Positions 38,601 through 52,922 of a stretch of 64,000 nucleotides of DNA are shown here, in pieces. The translations under genes and the position numbers were made by a program. Below the pieces are notes generated by a model. It was not told the origin of the DNA and searched no databases. It saw nothing but the letters and a program-made list of their open reading frames with translations. This DNA is from Tubiluchus corallicola (Eukaryota; Animalia; Priapulida). Position 1 is the stretch's first letter. Each line of letters begins with the position of its first letter. The stretch covers positions 620,001-684,000 of the forward strand of contig JAQGDQ010000084.1 in NCBI GenBank assembly GCA_030141605.1, written 5' to 3'.

Positions 38601-38800
38601 TTAGTCTAGTACACATAGTGCAGACAACGATACATTTGTTCCAAGTCTGTATCAGTTATTTACTTATGTTAATATTCATGACGTACAATGTTTGGTTGTG
38701 TCTGGGTGTCGTGTTCGGTGCAGCGACCGGTTACTTCGTTTTTGGCTGGAAAAAGAAATTGCTGACTGTGGTATCCGATTCCAATGAACACTGCCATTGA
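35606..38800 (+). CDS. SLC31A1: High-affinity copper uptake protein (CTR1/SLC31A family), 2 exons, 197 aa
   Basis: Exon 1 is 35606-35660 (MTHETHDSEMMMMKNSPH+G, donor gtaaag) and exon 2 is 38262-38800 (acceptor ttttgtag). The phase-1 join gives D-GMADDE. It has a His/Met-rich ectodomain, MKMWFHFG, YEGLK, the TM2 MxxxM motif (MLIFM-TYN), TM3 GxxxG and a C-terminal HCH. Confidence 0.92.
36619..37749 (+). mobile_element. MITE family B split by a nested family-C-related TTAA element (36839-37577), CTR1 intron
   Basis: The 5' half (36619-36838) and 3' half (37578-37749) rejoin at a duplicated TTAA to give a full family-B copy. The insert ends AG...CCT and shares GTGATCACTTC(A/G)TGCTCGGGCGC with family C. 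Confidence 0.7.
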
Positions 38801-38872
38801 CAATAGCTGTTATATAGCTTAAATATGATTTAGTGAAATTTGTTGTAATGTATTACTGCGAGTCACATTTTA

Positions 38873-39852
38873 CAGTAGGCACTGCTTAATGGACTCACTT
38901 TGGGACCAGATAGTTTTGACCCATTTAAATTATGGGTGTAGTATTACTGGTATAGAAGTACAGTTAACCTCGGGTATAAGGGGCCACCACACTGGTCCCG
39001 ATTTTTCGTAACGTTTTTCCTATGTAAAAATCGTCATATATAAGGTACTCGGATATAAGGGACTTTCGGTTATAAGGGATGATATCATCAGGTCCTGTGT
39101 CCTACATACCATTTGCACTGAATGTGTAGCAATAATCCATAAAAATATGGGCAAAAGTACAGAAGCGTACAGGTCTAGATACACCCTCAATCTGACTCAA
39201 CTTCAGCTATAAGGGACAGTTTTTTCCGGTCTGGAGGTGGCCCTTAGGCAGGTTGACTGCATGAGTCACAAGCTTAGTATGCACTGCAAAGGTTTTTAAT
39301 GAATTTTAGAAACGAAGTAATGCCTAAATTCCACATTTTCAAATGCATCACATTCACACCTCTGTCCCATTTTTGGAAGTTTATCATACTGCTCTAAAAT
39401 TTTCAGTTTCTCCTTAACTGTCAGATGTTTAGTCTCATGCTCCACTTTTCAAACTTTTTAACTCTTTGCTCTTATTTGCTATATGATGTTTACTCTTGTA
39501 AGTCACAAGCAACACTGGCTGATTACTGTACCTGCATCTTTGACTGTTAACTGATTAAGCATGAAAGCGTGTTTTGCAACGAAAGCTTCAAAAGGAAACC
39601 ACTAGGCAAGTGATTAAATGTTTAGCTTCCAGAAATTCTTGGGTAACGAGATTAATTGCAGTGGACAAGCGGGTAACAGATTCAAAGCAAAACCGCTAAT
39701 GTAGCGCATGATAAACTAAAAATATTGAGTCAATTATGCCGAGTTATTTGAGTCAATTACCGACAGTTTTATGTACATTTGAATAGAAGCGGCCCGTACC
39801 AGGTGTTTTTGAGTCAATTAAGCGATTCGAGGCTAGTAAACAGCGCCTACTG
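38873..39852. mobile_element. TA-flanked MITE (CAGTAGGCRCTG TIR) containing a nested, internally deleted family-A copy (38961-39259), just after the CTR1 stop
   Basis: TA|CAGTAGGCACTGCTTA ... TAAACAGCGCCTACTG|TA. The right arm is homologous to the 14447-15135 host of the minisatellite and to ~40615-40761. Confidence 0.6.
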
Positions 39853-40423
39853 TACTATTATGAAATGTTGATTGCACCTGTTTTAAATTTTTGATTGTTA
39901 CTGCCATAATCTTATCAGAGCAAACCTAAGTCATGAAACATGTCTTGTCAAACTTCCAGTAGGAAAATTGCATTCTATTTTTCGCATCGGTGAAAACCAC
40001 CTTTTATTGGCAACAATTATTGGCATTGTTAAACGCAATATTATTTTGCTACATTAAATTACTATGCACTTTGCAAAATTTACACTCGATTAAGTTTTTT
40101 TACCAATTTTAGTCGAAAGTTTCAGTGCAAGTGCCAAATATGGCCAGAAACCTGCTAAAAGTTGTGTTGGTGATTACGGGGCAGAGACTTTTATCTAAAA
40201 AATGTTTATTTGAAATCTTCTGCATATGGACATTTATAATATTCTTACATGTATGGACTGAACGCGAAAGCTGCCTTATTTCACGACAGGCATGCCAATC
40301 AAACAAATTGTCATTTCGCAAAATGTAATCGTTTTTAAAGCTTTTGTTAGCAGCCATTCTTCACACTCATACTGCTTAATCTATTGATGATGTATGTCAC
40401 CTAGAAGTAAGATGTAGTACGTA

Positions 40424-40847
40424 CACTCATATCTCGGTTTGCCGGCCTCGCTTTTACGGATATCGGAAAATTCAGACAAAATCTGGTCCGTTAAAAGTCC
40501 CACATAATACGGACACAGTCCATTATTTTGCGAGCTGACTGCTAGTGGGTGAGCTGTCACTTTCTTTACATCATTCCGTCAGTGTAACCACGTGCATATC
40601 TCTATGTATGAGAACATAGAATCAATTATGCGGAGTTATTTGACTCAGTTGCCGATGGTTTTTATATACTTTTCCGTAGGAGCGGCAAGTACTAGACGTT
40701 TCAGAGACGATTAGACAATTGATTCTGCATTACTGTGAGTCTAATACACGGCGCCTAGTGTATTAGTTTAGTATCGGAAAATACGGACAATCCGCAACTT
40801 CTGACCCACGTCTTCCCGCTTTTGTCCGGCAGAGCGAGATATGAGTG
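40424..40847. mobile_element. MITE with CACTCATATCTCG TIRs
   Basis: CACTCATATCTCGGTTTGCCGG / CCGGCAGAGCGAGATATGAGTG termini. Confidence 0.6.
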
Positions 40848-43800
40848 TCCATCATACATATAATGGTACTAGAATCTGCTGCTTCACCACTGGCTGTACT
40901 AATAGCATTATTATAAATTATTGAAATTATTATGCTATATACACATGATATCGGCAAATTATACATTACGTGCACCAGATACTAGTCCTGCTCAAAAAGC
41001 AGCTAAATATTTACTGTGTGTGTGATACAGGAAAAATCGTTTTGCAGTTGCTATGTAATTTGTCCTGAGTGCTATTTCACGTTAATTATAAAAAATTAAA
41101 AGGCAGCTCATGTACTGTGGAACTGCAGCACCTCCTAATTTCAGTCGATATATCGATAATATTCAATACAAGTCTTTTTACTTCAGTTCTTTCTTTATAC
41201 TTCTATAGAACCAGAGCATGTGAGGGTAGTACTGTTTGCTTCACAGTCCAACACAGTGGTGTATTTGGCTGTTGTGCGCATGCAGCTGTGTGCACATGTC
41301 TGAGATAACATGATGTACGCTGCACTGCGAGCATCTGCTGATAGGTAGAGAAAGTACTGTTGCTCACACAGTTTGTTGTCAGTTATTAGGTGGTTACTAT
41401 GGATGGATCAGGCTTGAACTGTGACAATTTAGGCTATTAGTAAGCAAAAAAATTTTTGTTTAGGACTTATCAAGTTTATGTATCGACTTTCGTATGTTTG
41501 TTTGTTTAAAATTACAATTGCGAGTTACAAAATTAAAATTACACATTTGTTTTATTTTATACAGTATTAAAACAATAGTTAAAAATTTTCTGAAGTAGCA
41601 CGCCCACTAATTTTAGTCACCATTGTTGGTGACACACTGTAACTGAAATGCTATGTCATACTGCCTAATTTATGATTTTCCCTGATCTAAGAATGCAAAG
41701 AATTTTCAAAGTAAGGCACTCTTCGAAAATGTCGTTGCAGTAATGTTTTCAATGTAAAGTGAAATGATTGCAGTAATGCTTTTAATGTAAAGTGAAATTG
41801 TTACAGTAATGCTTTCTAAACTCATACATTTACATGTAGCATAATTTGAATTAGATTTGTATAGATAAGTTGATGGATTATTGTTGAATGTAAAGAAAAT
41901 ATTAATATCTGCAATCTTATTGTCTGTGTTAAAATATCACATATCACCTGTGTAATGATAATGTTGTGATATAAAACGTCTATTTGTTTAAAAAACATGT
42001 CAGTTAGGCCTATACGTGTTGTCCTGCATTGAAATCGTGGTATGCAAACTATAGCAAAGTTTGATGTTTTATCAAATAAACGTTTTACCATGATACTTAG
42101 GTGTTCATGATTGCTTGTTTCAGAGGTGTATTAACCAATACCTAATTAAGCTATGGCTTAGGAGGCTATTCACATTTTGAGGGCTCGTCACATTTTAGGA
42201 AAAACGTATTCTTCTCACAAAATGTGTATACTTTCATATTCATGTAAAGGGCGTATTTTATAACACACCACAGGCAGTTATTGAGTGCAGCTTTTATATA
42301 AGTACCACATAACGAACAGGTGCAAAGTATTACATAACAAGCAGTTACACAGTCTGCTTGAATATAAGTGCTATGCAAATACATATAATTAATAATGACA
42401 ACGTAGAAAGTAGGTTTATAATGTTTCTAATATACCACAAGTAATTGTTTAGCAAGCTCATTACATAAACAACCATAAATTCACAATAGAGGTGGGCAGG
42501 GCAGAACTATCAAACTAGAGCATCGTAAAGTCTTGACACACTCCTGCTTATAAAATTCATAGTCATTCGAGTCTCTATTAATAGCACTGAGATACACGTT
42601 TAGAAAGATGGCAGCACACACAGATTATAGGGGTGGATAGACTTTACCACTAGCGAAATCCCTACAGAAAGCGAATATGAGACTCAAACTCGAATTAAAC
42701 CAAATTTCCAGATTTTGAATATGCCGCTATGAAAAATACAAAAATAAACCTTTTAAATACTTAATAATAAAAAATGCTTTACGTCATTGTAAATGTCTAC
42801 ACGGCAACTTAAGTCATCTTGTTGTAACTTAACTGTATACGGTTAGTTGACAAATCATAGACGTATCTTTAACTAATTGAAAATCATTTTTAACTGGCTT
42901 CGAAAAATAATGCTCTAAAACACAGAGATCGTGTAGGTAACAACAGAACCGAACATTGCTACCTCATTTGATTCACTAGATTCCTTTTTATTTTTGTGTT
43001 GTTTGTGACATGCCCCCTCCCGTTTTCAGTGCTGCCAGAAATATATATATTTCTCAAATTCAACGAATTTTATAAAATTCGAAAGTTTATCATAATAATT
43101 TTTTATCGTCCACAAGTCGGCAATTAAGCTTTTCTAGTTATTCACATATCCTGAATCTCCATTTCACGAGGATCATTTTGATACCAAGCTCATCGCTCTA
43201 CAGTATTTATAAGCTGAGATAATCCACGTTGAAGTTGAGGTGCAGGCTGCACTGAAAAACATAACCTTGAGAAAATCATTGTTAAAGTCAGCCATTGTTT
43301 TTGTCGCGTTTCTACTTAGCGACCGTACGAAAGTGTGGTTGCTACGGACTTTGCAAGAGCATACTGAAGTTATGTTTAAGTCCAGTAGATGGCTCTTCAG
43401 GACGAAGATCTGGGCTTGACAACAGGAAAAACCGAAACAAAATGACTGCTTCCAGGAGCTACTATCGGAGTTTGAAAATATAAAAGTTTCTCAATTGCAG
43501 TACTAGTTTGCAGCTAGCAAAGTGAGTACCAGTTTATAAAATTGGATTTTTAGTATTTTTTAAACATTTTCCTGATAATTTGAAGCTAGGATATTAAAGT
43601 CCAATATATTTTACCGTTTGTTTTTATAAAAAGCAAAAAATTGACATTTCACCAAATTTTTTGTGCATTTCACTTTGAAGCATCATATTCATAACGTAGT
43701 TTTAAGCATACCGACTAATGGACGATTTTGGTTTGCAAGCATTATTTTTGCAGTTTTTATGCTGTATTAGCTTAATGAAAAAACCTATTGTGCCTTTGTA

Positions 43801-44443
43801 TCACTTTAGTGTGTGTTACAGTTCGTAATTAATTGATTCGGCCTTGAAAGTTATTTTCTTGTCTACTAGCAATATTATTGAACAATAAACGTTTACAATC
43901 TCTGAAGCCATAGTGGTGCACATTGGCTTCTTGTTGATCTGCTACCTAACAGGAAATTGTGCACCTAATGACGTTACCTGGAGCACTTAACATGATTTGC
44001 CTGTCAATTCTAAGTGGTTTGTCAGGTGTTAAACATTCTTTGGTATCATTGTGATCCAAAAAATTCAAGAATGGAGTCAGTTGCCAGGAATAACTCGTGA
44101 TGAATGTATGGTATTCCTTAAATCTCTAGAATTTCTATACACCGGTATTGACGTCGAGTAGAATCAGCTGCACTAAATTTGCTACCAGGACGTAGTTGTG
44201 ACAGTTTTTATAATTTATTTGGTTTAACAGACACCAATTTTCCCAATACCACTGTACATATAGGTGGCTTCTAGTTCTAGTAAATTTAAATTATTCTGTT
44301 TAAGAGTATGTGTTAACTATATATTCGCAATAATTATTAAATATCTAACTGTGTATGTTAGTATACATATTATTTGTAACTACAATACAAACAATGAGAC
44401 TAAGTTGTTATTGTGTACAATAGCGTAAAATAAAGATTTTTTA

Positions 44444-44888
<445 letters not shown>

Positions 44889-45117
44889 AGTGATTTATTG
44901 GGATCGAATTTCCTCATTTCAATTATTTCACCAAAAACAGTTAATTATTTCTGCATAAATGAAACTTTCAATATAAAATTATAGCGTGTTTATAAACTTG
45001 TCTTGCACAAGCTCAGATGCTCTGTAGAAAATAGCTTAATTATACTGTGTAATTGTATAGGCTAATTTAAAGGACCAATCACAATTCTTAATTATAAAAC
45101 TTTAACTACAACAGATT

Positions 45118-45408
45118 TTTTAAAAGAAAATGACTCATTATAATGATAACAATATAATGCTGTTTCATTTATATTCATAACATATATTGATATGTTTATT
45201 ATATATGATTTTATATATACACAGTCATTGTACTACATTGTTTAATATTTAATAGCGTAACAATTTCTAAAAGAAAATAAATCATTATAATGATAACAAT
45301 ATAACACTGTTTCATTTATATTCATAATATATATTTATATGTTTATTATATATAATTTTATATATACACACTCACTGTGCTACATTGTTTAATATTTAAT
45401 AGCGTAAA
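45118..45408. repeat. ~147-bp AT-rich tandem duplication
   Basis: TAAAAGAAAA...TCATTATAATGATAACAATATAA...TTTAATATTTAATAGCGTAA occurs twice in tandem (45121 and 45268). Confidence 0.85.
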
Positions 45409-47599
45409 AATATACACTTTTACGTGAGCATCTTGCTGAGTGACATCTAATACTTCGGTTTAAAAGCTCCGAAATTTAAGGTTAGCAAAACCGTTGCAAC
45501 ATATAATTATTAACCCAGAAACAGATAAAACGAAAAAAAACAAAATTGCGACTTCGTGTCATTATAAAAACGAATTAATTTGAACTTAATTAATGGAAAG
45601 CAAAAGTTAGTTGTTTAATGCTCATCTGATATGATGTCACTCAGACAAGAAGGCTGGCAAATTACGATTTCTTTCCTAATACCTTATTGGTTTACTAATC
45701 AGTAAAATGCCCTGTACAATATAGAATCAAATAGTAAATAAAACAAACAAGCTATGCAGATCTTAAAACGAGGCCTGCCACAAAACATTGATAAATTTCT
45801 TTCAAAATGACACAATATTATGTGAAATTTAATTTTATAAAAAAGATCTGCAACATCTTCGCGTTCCGTTGAAAATAAACGCGATAAAGAACCATTATTA
45901 AGCAAAGCAAAACATGAAAGATTTTAATATAATGAATCTTGAAATTATACTGGAAAGCGCATTTCTAAGAATTTTTTGAATTTTGCACAATAATATAAAC
46001 GTCTTACATAAACAAAACTATGTGAATTTTCTCACAGTATTACAGCAGTAACGGTTTTAAGCTGTATAAACACGGCAGCATATTTTACTAACAAAGAAGT
46101 ACGTAAAAATGTTTGTAAGAAAAGACAAAGACAGATTAATTTTTTGAGCCTATTTGTCAGAAAAAAATTATAATAAATAAGAAAGATGATTAGTTATATT
46201 AGTGGTAATTAAATGTATAGACGGTAACGTTAATTTATTATAATAGTCGATATTACAGATAAATCCTACTTACATCAGCAGTACAAGAAATTAATCACAA
46301 TGGCATTATTTGGTTTAGAAAGCATCGCCTGATGTCATTACTTTTGCTCGGCTCATTATAAAACATCGTGTTTTATATCATTGTATGACAAGATATCATT
46401 ATATGACATCGTGTCATCATTAAATTATAATGACAAAGAGCTGTGCTTAGAAAGGATGATAGATGAACTAATGCAAAGATAGACGTGTAGAGACAAATAA
46501 ACCCAGGTTTGATATTTCACGAAATTTATGTAAAGAAACTTCTATGTAGTTGAAAAGCACGGAAGTTTTTGGACAAGGACGCGTTTATCAGCCCACAATC
46601 TTCGTGTGTGGAGAGACTGGAACGTAGGAACCATGTAAATCGACCAGATAGACTTTGCTAGTGTGGAGAAAGCATATAAACATAGGAACTTGCTCTTTGC
46701 GATTGTACAAAATTAGTGAGCATCTTAGAGCATAACTAGAATAATAGAAATCTTGGGAATAGTAACTTAAATAGAGATACTACTACTAATTAAAGTAACA
46801 TTGCAGTAGAAACTTTGATTTTGCCACTGGTTAAATACATTAATTATTATTATTATTATTAATAAACATCAAGATACTAATTAGTTAATGCGGGTCATGC
46901 TACGATGTTTTGCTTTGCTGTTACATAGGCTTCATTTTAAGATCTGACATAGCTCGTAGACAATAACCATAAGCTACGTTCACACTTACGTGGTAACAGA
47001 AATGGCAACGGCATTCGCCGTATTTTCTCCCGGTGATTAAAGTACGATGTGATGTTGCGTTGTCAGTTACAGAATATGTAAAAACAATTGAAATGAACAC
47101 CCCCACGTTTAAGAACAATTAGAAAAGTAGTATCGTTTGATTGCCGTTGCCGTTCATAGTACTAGATAAATGTGAACGTGAAATTAACGATGTTATGACA
47201 ATTATTATATGCAATCGTGTTGATTCGCATTTTACAATTAGCATTACAAACGTTTTCAGAAAAGGTGAATGTGTTTCCTGCATTACATCTTTCATTAATG
47301 ACACGTTGCCACCGGGTTTGAGAATGCTAATTTTAAAGGAAAACAGAATGGAAATACAAGGATAGGGTGGTTCGATTTTCCTATGCGGGAGACTTACTTT
47401 GCTTCCTGTTACTAAGTTACTGACTGTATTCGCTTTTGATGAACCTATTAATTTATCTTGGCATATTACCTATCAGAAATATAATACATCACAAATATTA
47501 AATTATGGTTTACCTCTGTTACCTTACTGCCCTGCCTCCCGTAAAATTTTCAGTCTTTTAAACTTAATTTAAAGCTATTCTAATTAGGGATGGAGGGAA

Positions 47600-48780
47600 T
47601 CCTTATAAACAAATTGCCTTTCTACGCTGCTCATCTAAACCTCTCTGACAACTTCCGGTTTCTCTCCAATTTCCAAACTTTCAAAACACACAGAAATTCT
47701 TACAAACAAGCTGCCCTTCCACGCTGCTCATATAAAACCTGTCTCTGACAACTGAAGTTTGGTTTCTCACCAATCTGTAAACTTCAAAGACACGCTTACA
47801 AACAAGCTGCCCTTCCACGCTGCTCATATAAAACCTGTCTCTGACAACTGAAGTTTGGTTTCTCACCAATCTGTAAACTTCAAAGACACGCTTACAAACA
47901 AGCTGCCTTTCCACGCTGCTCACCTAAACCTGTCTCTTGCAACTTCCGGTTTCTCTCCAATCTTCAAACTTTCAAGACACACCGAAGTTCTTACAAACAA
48001 GCTGCCTTTCCACGCTGCTCACCTAAACCTGTCTCTGGCAACTTTCGGTTTCTCTCCAATCTTCAAACTTTCAAGACACACAGAAGTTCTTACAAACAAA
48101 CTGCCCTTCCACGTTGCTCAACTATACCTGTCTCTGACAACTTCCGGTTTCTCTCCAATCTTCAAACCTTCAAGACACACAGAAGTTCTTACAAACAAAC
48201 TGCCCTTCCACGTTACTCAACTATACCTGTCTCTGACAACTTCTGGTTTCTCTCCAATCTTCAAACTTCCAAGACACACAGAAGTTCTTACAAACAAACT
48301 GCCCTTCCACGTTGCTCAACTCTACCTGTCTCTGACAACTTCCGGTTTCTCTCCAATCTTCAAAACTTCCAAGACACACAGAAGTTCTTACAAACAAGCT
48401 GTTCTTCTATGCTGCTCAACTATTCCTCTCTCTGACAACTTTAGGTTTCTCTCCAATCTTCAAACTTTCAAGACACACAGAAGTTCTTACAAACAAGCTG
48501 CCCTTCCACGCTGCTCACCTAAACCTGTCTCTGACAACTTCCGGTTTCTCTCCAATCTTCAAACTTTCAAGACACACAGAAGTTCTTACAAACAAGCTGT
48601 TCTTCCACGCTGCTCAACTATACCTGTCTCTGACAACTTCCGGTTTCTCTCCAATCTTCAAACTTTCAAGACACACAGAAGTTCTTACAAACAAGCTGTT
48701 CTTCCACGCTGTTCAACTATTCCTCTCTCTGACAACATCCGGTTTCTCTCTAATGTTCAAACTTTCAAGACACACAGAAC
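47600..48780. repeat. 99-bp tandem repeat, ~12 copies
   Basis: Unit ACACACAGAAGTTCTTACAAACAAGCTGCCCTTCCACG...CAAACTTTCAAG. It shows up as a 33-aa periodicity in ORF 47855-48874. Confidence 0.95.
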
Positions 48781-48799
48781 ACAAACGAAGTACTACAAT

Positions 48800-49180
48800 G
48801 GGTCAGTGATGCACAGCCATTTGCACAGCGAGCATTTTAGCGCAAAGGTCAACAATGTACAGCCATTTGCATAAGGAGCATTTTAGCACAAAGGTCAGTG
48901 ATGTTCAGCCATTTGCATAAGGAGCATTTTAGCAGAAAGGTCAGTGATATTCAGCCATTTGGATAAGGAGCATTTTAGTACAAAGGTCAACAATGTACAG
49001 CCATGTGCATAAGGAGCATTTTAGCACAAAGGTCAGCGATGTACAGCCATTTGCACAAGGAGCATTTTAGCACAAAGGTCAACAATGTACAGCCACTTTG
49101 TACAACGAGCATTTTAATACAAAAGTCAACGATGTACAGCCACTTTGTACAACAAACATATTAACACGAAGGTCAACAAT
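48800..49180. repeat. 46-bp tandem repeat, ~8 copies
   Basis: Unit AAAGGTCAACAATGTACAGCCATTTGCATAAGGAGCATTTTAGCAC (48844 to 48890). Confidence 0.92.
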
Positions 49181-52149
49181 ATCTGCATCTTAATTAAATG
49201 TTGCAAAAAATGGTGTCTTCTGCCGTCCCTTTACTAAGAACATAATTCATCGCTGACTTACAAACACATTCAAACCAGGCCTACATATATACATTTCCCC
49301 ATGACGAATTCGAAGCCATTAAAACAACAAACACTTAGCATACAGATAAATACGGATTAGTAAACAGATTAAAAAATATCGTAAGCTAACATTGAATACA
49401 AATCAGCGAAAATGAATAGGCGTTGCATATACCCACAGTAAACTATTACAGATAAAGCTAAACTCGTAATACTCATATACAAAAACCACTAGAAATCAGC
49501 CAAAAACTACTACTTTACGACCATATTAAAGTTTTAATTTTTTTAAGAAAACATTTAAACATTAGTCATTTTACGAGCATGAATTGGTAAATCGTTCTTT
49601 AATTTTGGTGTTGCTACGCTAAAACTATAAGAACCACATGTGACGATATAAAAACGCGACACAACAAGAATCGACGAACAACTGATCTACATTACGATTC
49701 ACCAATTGGTAAAATGTCACTGACTCACCCTCCAGGGTGCACCACTCTCTAACCAAAATACGTATTTTTAATCTTATTGACAAGATACACTAATTTAAAA
49801 GTTTACTTAGTTAGTGACGTGTGCGCTACGAATGCTTTGATTATTTTTTCAAACTTTACTCAGTGTTATCTAAACTTGTTTCAAATGACCTGTCGTCAAA
49901 ATAGCTGCGTCTAACGGTCATCCTGGGAGTTTAAATTTACAAGTTTTAAACAGCTTTACTGCCGACGCAAGCCTTGTATGCAAAAAGGCTTTGTGCAAGT
50001 AATATAAAATGTCAAGACGAATTTTTTTAACCTTTATGGAAGTTGTGGATTTTGTTGTGCTTTAAGAAGTATATTAGCATCTTGTTCTGCAAAACGTTTT
50101 AACGTCTGAAGTCCTGACAGGATATAAGACGACGAATGACTCAACATGAGCAAAGTGGTTTGGCAGATTAAACAACAGGGACCTCGATACGCTAATGGAT
50201 CTCACAGTCGTTCCATTTATTCACTTCCAAGCGGACATGAATCATTTGAGGATGTCTTAGGGAATTCCATTATTTTATATAGCTCTGCTAATTTGTATTG
50301 CTCTGGAAATATGTAGGGTCGCACGACAGATGCGTGAAACGTTATGGCTCGTTCACAAGCGAGGAGTCTTCTGACACCGGTATAGGCCTAAGTTGCTGCA
50401 GTAGTGCTGTGACTCCGAAATTTTCTGTTCACCATGGAATTTAGGCTTCGTTCGCACGAGACGCAAGAGTCTTCTGACACTGTCTCGAAAGTGTTTAGAT
50501 AAGACTTAAAGGAAGCCAGTTGTTATGAAATGTTGTTGGTTAGTAACATCTCCCTGAGACGGTGACCAAGACACACTGTAAGCGGAGGAGCGTTGACCAG
50601 CATGTAATGGCTGCTGTCTCAACGAAATGACAGTTTACAAGTCGTGCTTGCTTTCTGACTAGACGAAACCACGAAATTCTTTTTCTCTGTTTGTTTCTGT
50701 TTGCAGCGAATCTACGACGACCAAGTGATGCGACAAAAGCTCTAAAAACGTAGCCAAATCTGGCTTAGCAAAACTGTTCATGTCGTCGAAATTTAAACTT
50801 ATAGCACGGCATCTCAGACTTGGCAACTCACGCGCATTAGGCGTGTGTCACACGCATTTTAAATCTTTCACACGTGCACACGCACCCAATTTTAACTCCC
50901 ACGCATTCTGCAACGTCACACGAAACTTTGCAAACGATCTGGCTTCTTTTGTCAACAGCACCAATCACGGCACACTTAGTAGTACTTCCAATAATCTCAA
51001 TAATACAGTCATATTTGTGCGTCTTGCGGCGTATGAAACTGTATTCAAATCGAAATCAATTTTAAATGGTAATTAGATTTTTCTATGACTACAGAAGAAC
51101 TTAACAGCCACAGTACCAACATAAGAAACCTCAGCTGAAACTAAAAATGCCTTATTTACCGCTTTGATCTCTTGATTTTCACACTTTAAGTGCAAACATT
51201 TCTGAGGCATTGCCCCGTGGATCCCACTGCATTAAATGATTGGCAAGTCTGATATCTTGTCTATATAAGCGCCGCTCCAAAGGCATTAATATCAGTATTA
51301 ATTCTACTCCACACAGATGTCATTCATTTCTAATCTACATTAAACCACGTAACGCCAACATGTCTTCTCACAAACATCCCCACCATGTAAATCATATTGT
51401 TACGGGGGCGATATGCTATTTATTTTCGACCCCCCCCCATTACATTGTGATGGTCTCGTCCGTACGAAGCCATTTCATAATGGCGTTCAATACCAGGTAT
51501 AAAACTGTCGCTATGAAATGACCTCATTGATTCAGCAGATAAACAGACAGGTGTTCTTACCATCACACAGTACAAAGGACAAGTGTACTGACGAGTTTAC
51601 TTTAACAAATCTCTGTCTGACTTTACAAAGTTTGCATCATACTGGCAGTGAACCCGCTCTACTTGACCTCCGAAATACGAGGGAACGAACCGACTAGGGG
51701 AGAGCCACTAATCAGACCTACTGGCGGCGAACACCCAGCAATGTTACAATGTTTATCCTGGCGTACAGTCAGTCAGTCATTCAAGCATTTCCTGACAGTC
51801 AGTCAAGCATTTCCTCTCTGCCGTATGTTCATTGGTTTCGAATTAAATAAAATTCTAACGACGTCACCCGTACAGTAGCACGATTATACGTTCACACGAA
51901 CAATTCACTTTCAGAAAATTGTGCACATTTAGTCCCATGCTTCAACGTAAATCAACAGCCTTTCACAAGCGACCTTGTACAGTACCTCCCAAAATGCCGC
52001 CAGGTGTTACTCTTTCGCAAAAACAACAGCCGCTTTCAGCCCCATTTATAATGGCGATCTCGATTCACTCAAACTTTCACGCATACACATACATGCACGC
52101 ACGCATGCGCACATGCACACGTCATCATAGAAAAAGAAATATTGTTCTC

Positions 52150-52690
52150 ATTCTGAAGTATAAGCAAATCTATACTTATTCCTAGCTACGAAGTTCCATT
52201 TTAATTCAGGCTCAAATATGATGCCATTTTGGGAAGAAAGGAGGGCTTCGTTGAGTACAGGCAAATCTATACTTATCCCAAGCCACGAAGTTGTTCCATA
52301 TTAATTCAGGCTCAAATCTGTTGCCATTTTGGGAGGAAAGGGGGTTTCGTTGAGTACAGGCAAATCTATACTTATCCCAAGCCACGAAGTTCCATGTTCC
52401 ATATTAATTCAGGCTCAAGTCTGTTGCCATTTTGAGAAGAAATGAGAGCTTCGTTGAGAACAGGCAAATCTATGCTTATCCCAAGCCACGAAGTTGTTCC
52501 ATATTAATTCAGGCTCAAATCTGTTGCCATTTTGGGAGGAAAGGGGGTTTCGTTGAGTACAGGCAAATCTATACTTATCCCAAGACACGAAGTTCCATAT
52601 TAATTCAGGTTCAAATCTGATGCCATTTTGGGAAGAAAGGAGGTCTTCGTTGAGTACAGGTAAATCTATACTTATCCCAAAATACGAAGG
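52150..52690. repeat. ~99-bp tandem repeat, ~5.5 copies (unrelated to the 47.6-kb array)
   Basis: Unit TTGAGTACAGGCAAATCTATACTTATCCCAAGCCACGAAG...GCCATTTTGGGAGGAAAG (52251 to 52350). Confidence 0.92.
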
Positions 52691-52922
52691 TTGACCGTGC
52701 ATGACTCGAGATATATTTGGCATGAGGTAGGACATGACCTTGCCAGAATTTCAAGTACATTTTCGTTTTACGTTACAATCACATTCACACGTTACAGCAA
52801 AGGTGGATCTTTTCATGATTAGGAGACTAAGAATTCGGAAGTGCAAAAGTATTTACTCAAGATTTATGTAGCGTAAGAGCCTCTTTAGTCATTGACTATG
52901 AGTTCCTCTTTGTAATTTACTG

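Noticed and set aside
47855-48874. 339-aa ORF with 33-aa repeats
   Set aside because: It results from a stop-free 99-bp tandem unit. It has a non-ATG start and changes frame mid-array, which argues against coding selection.
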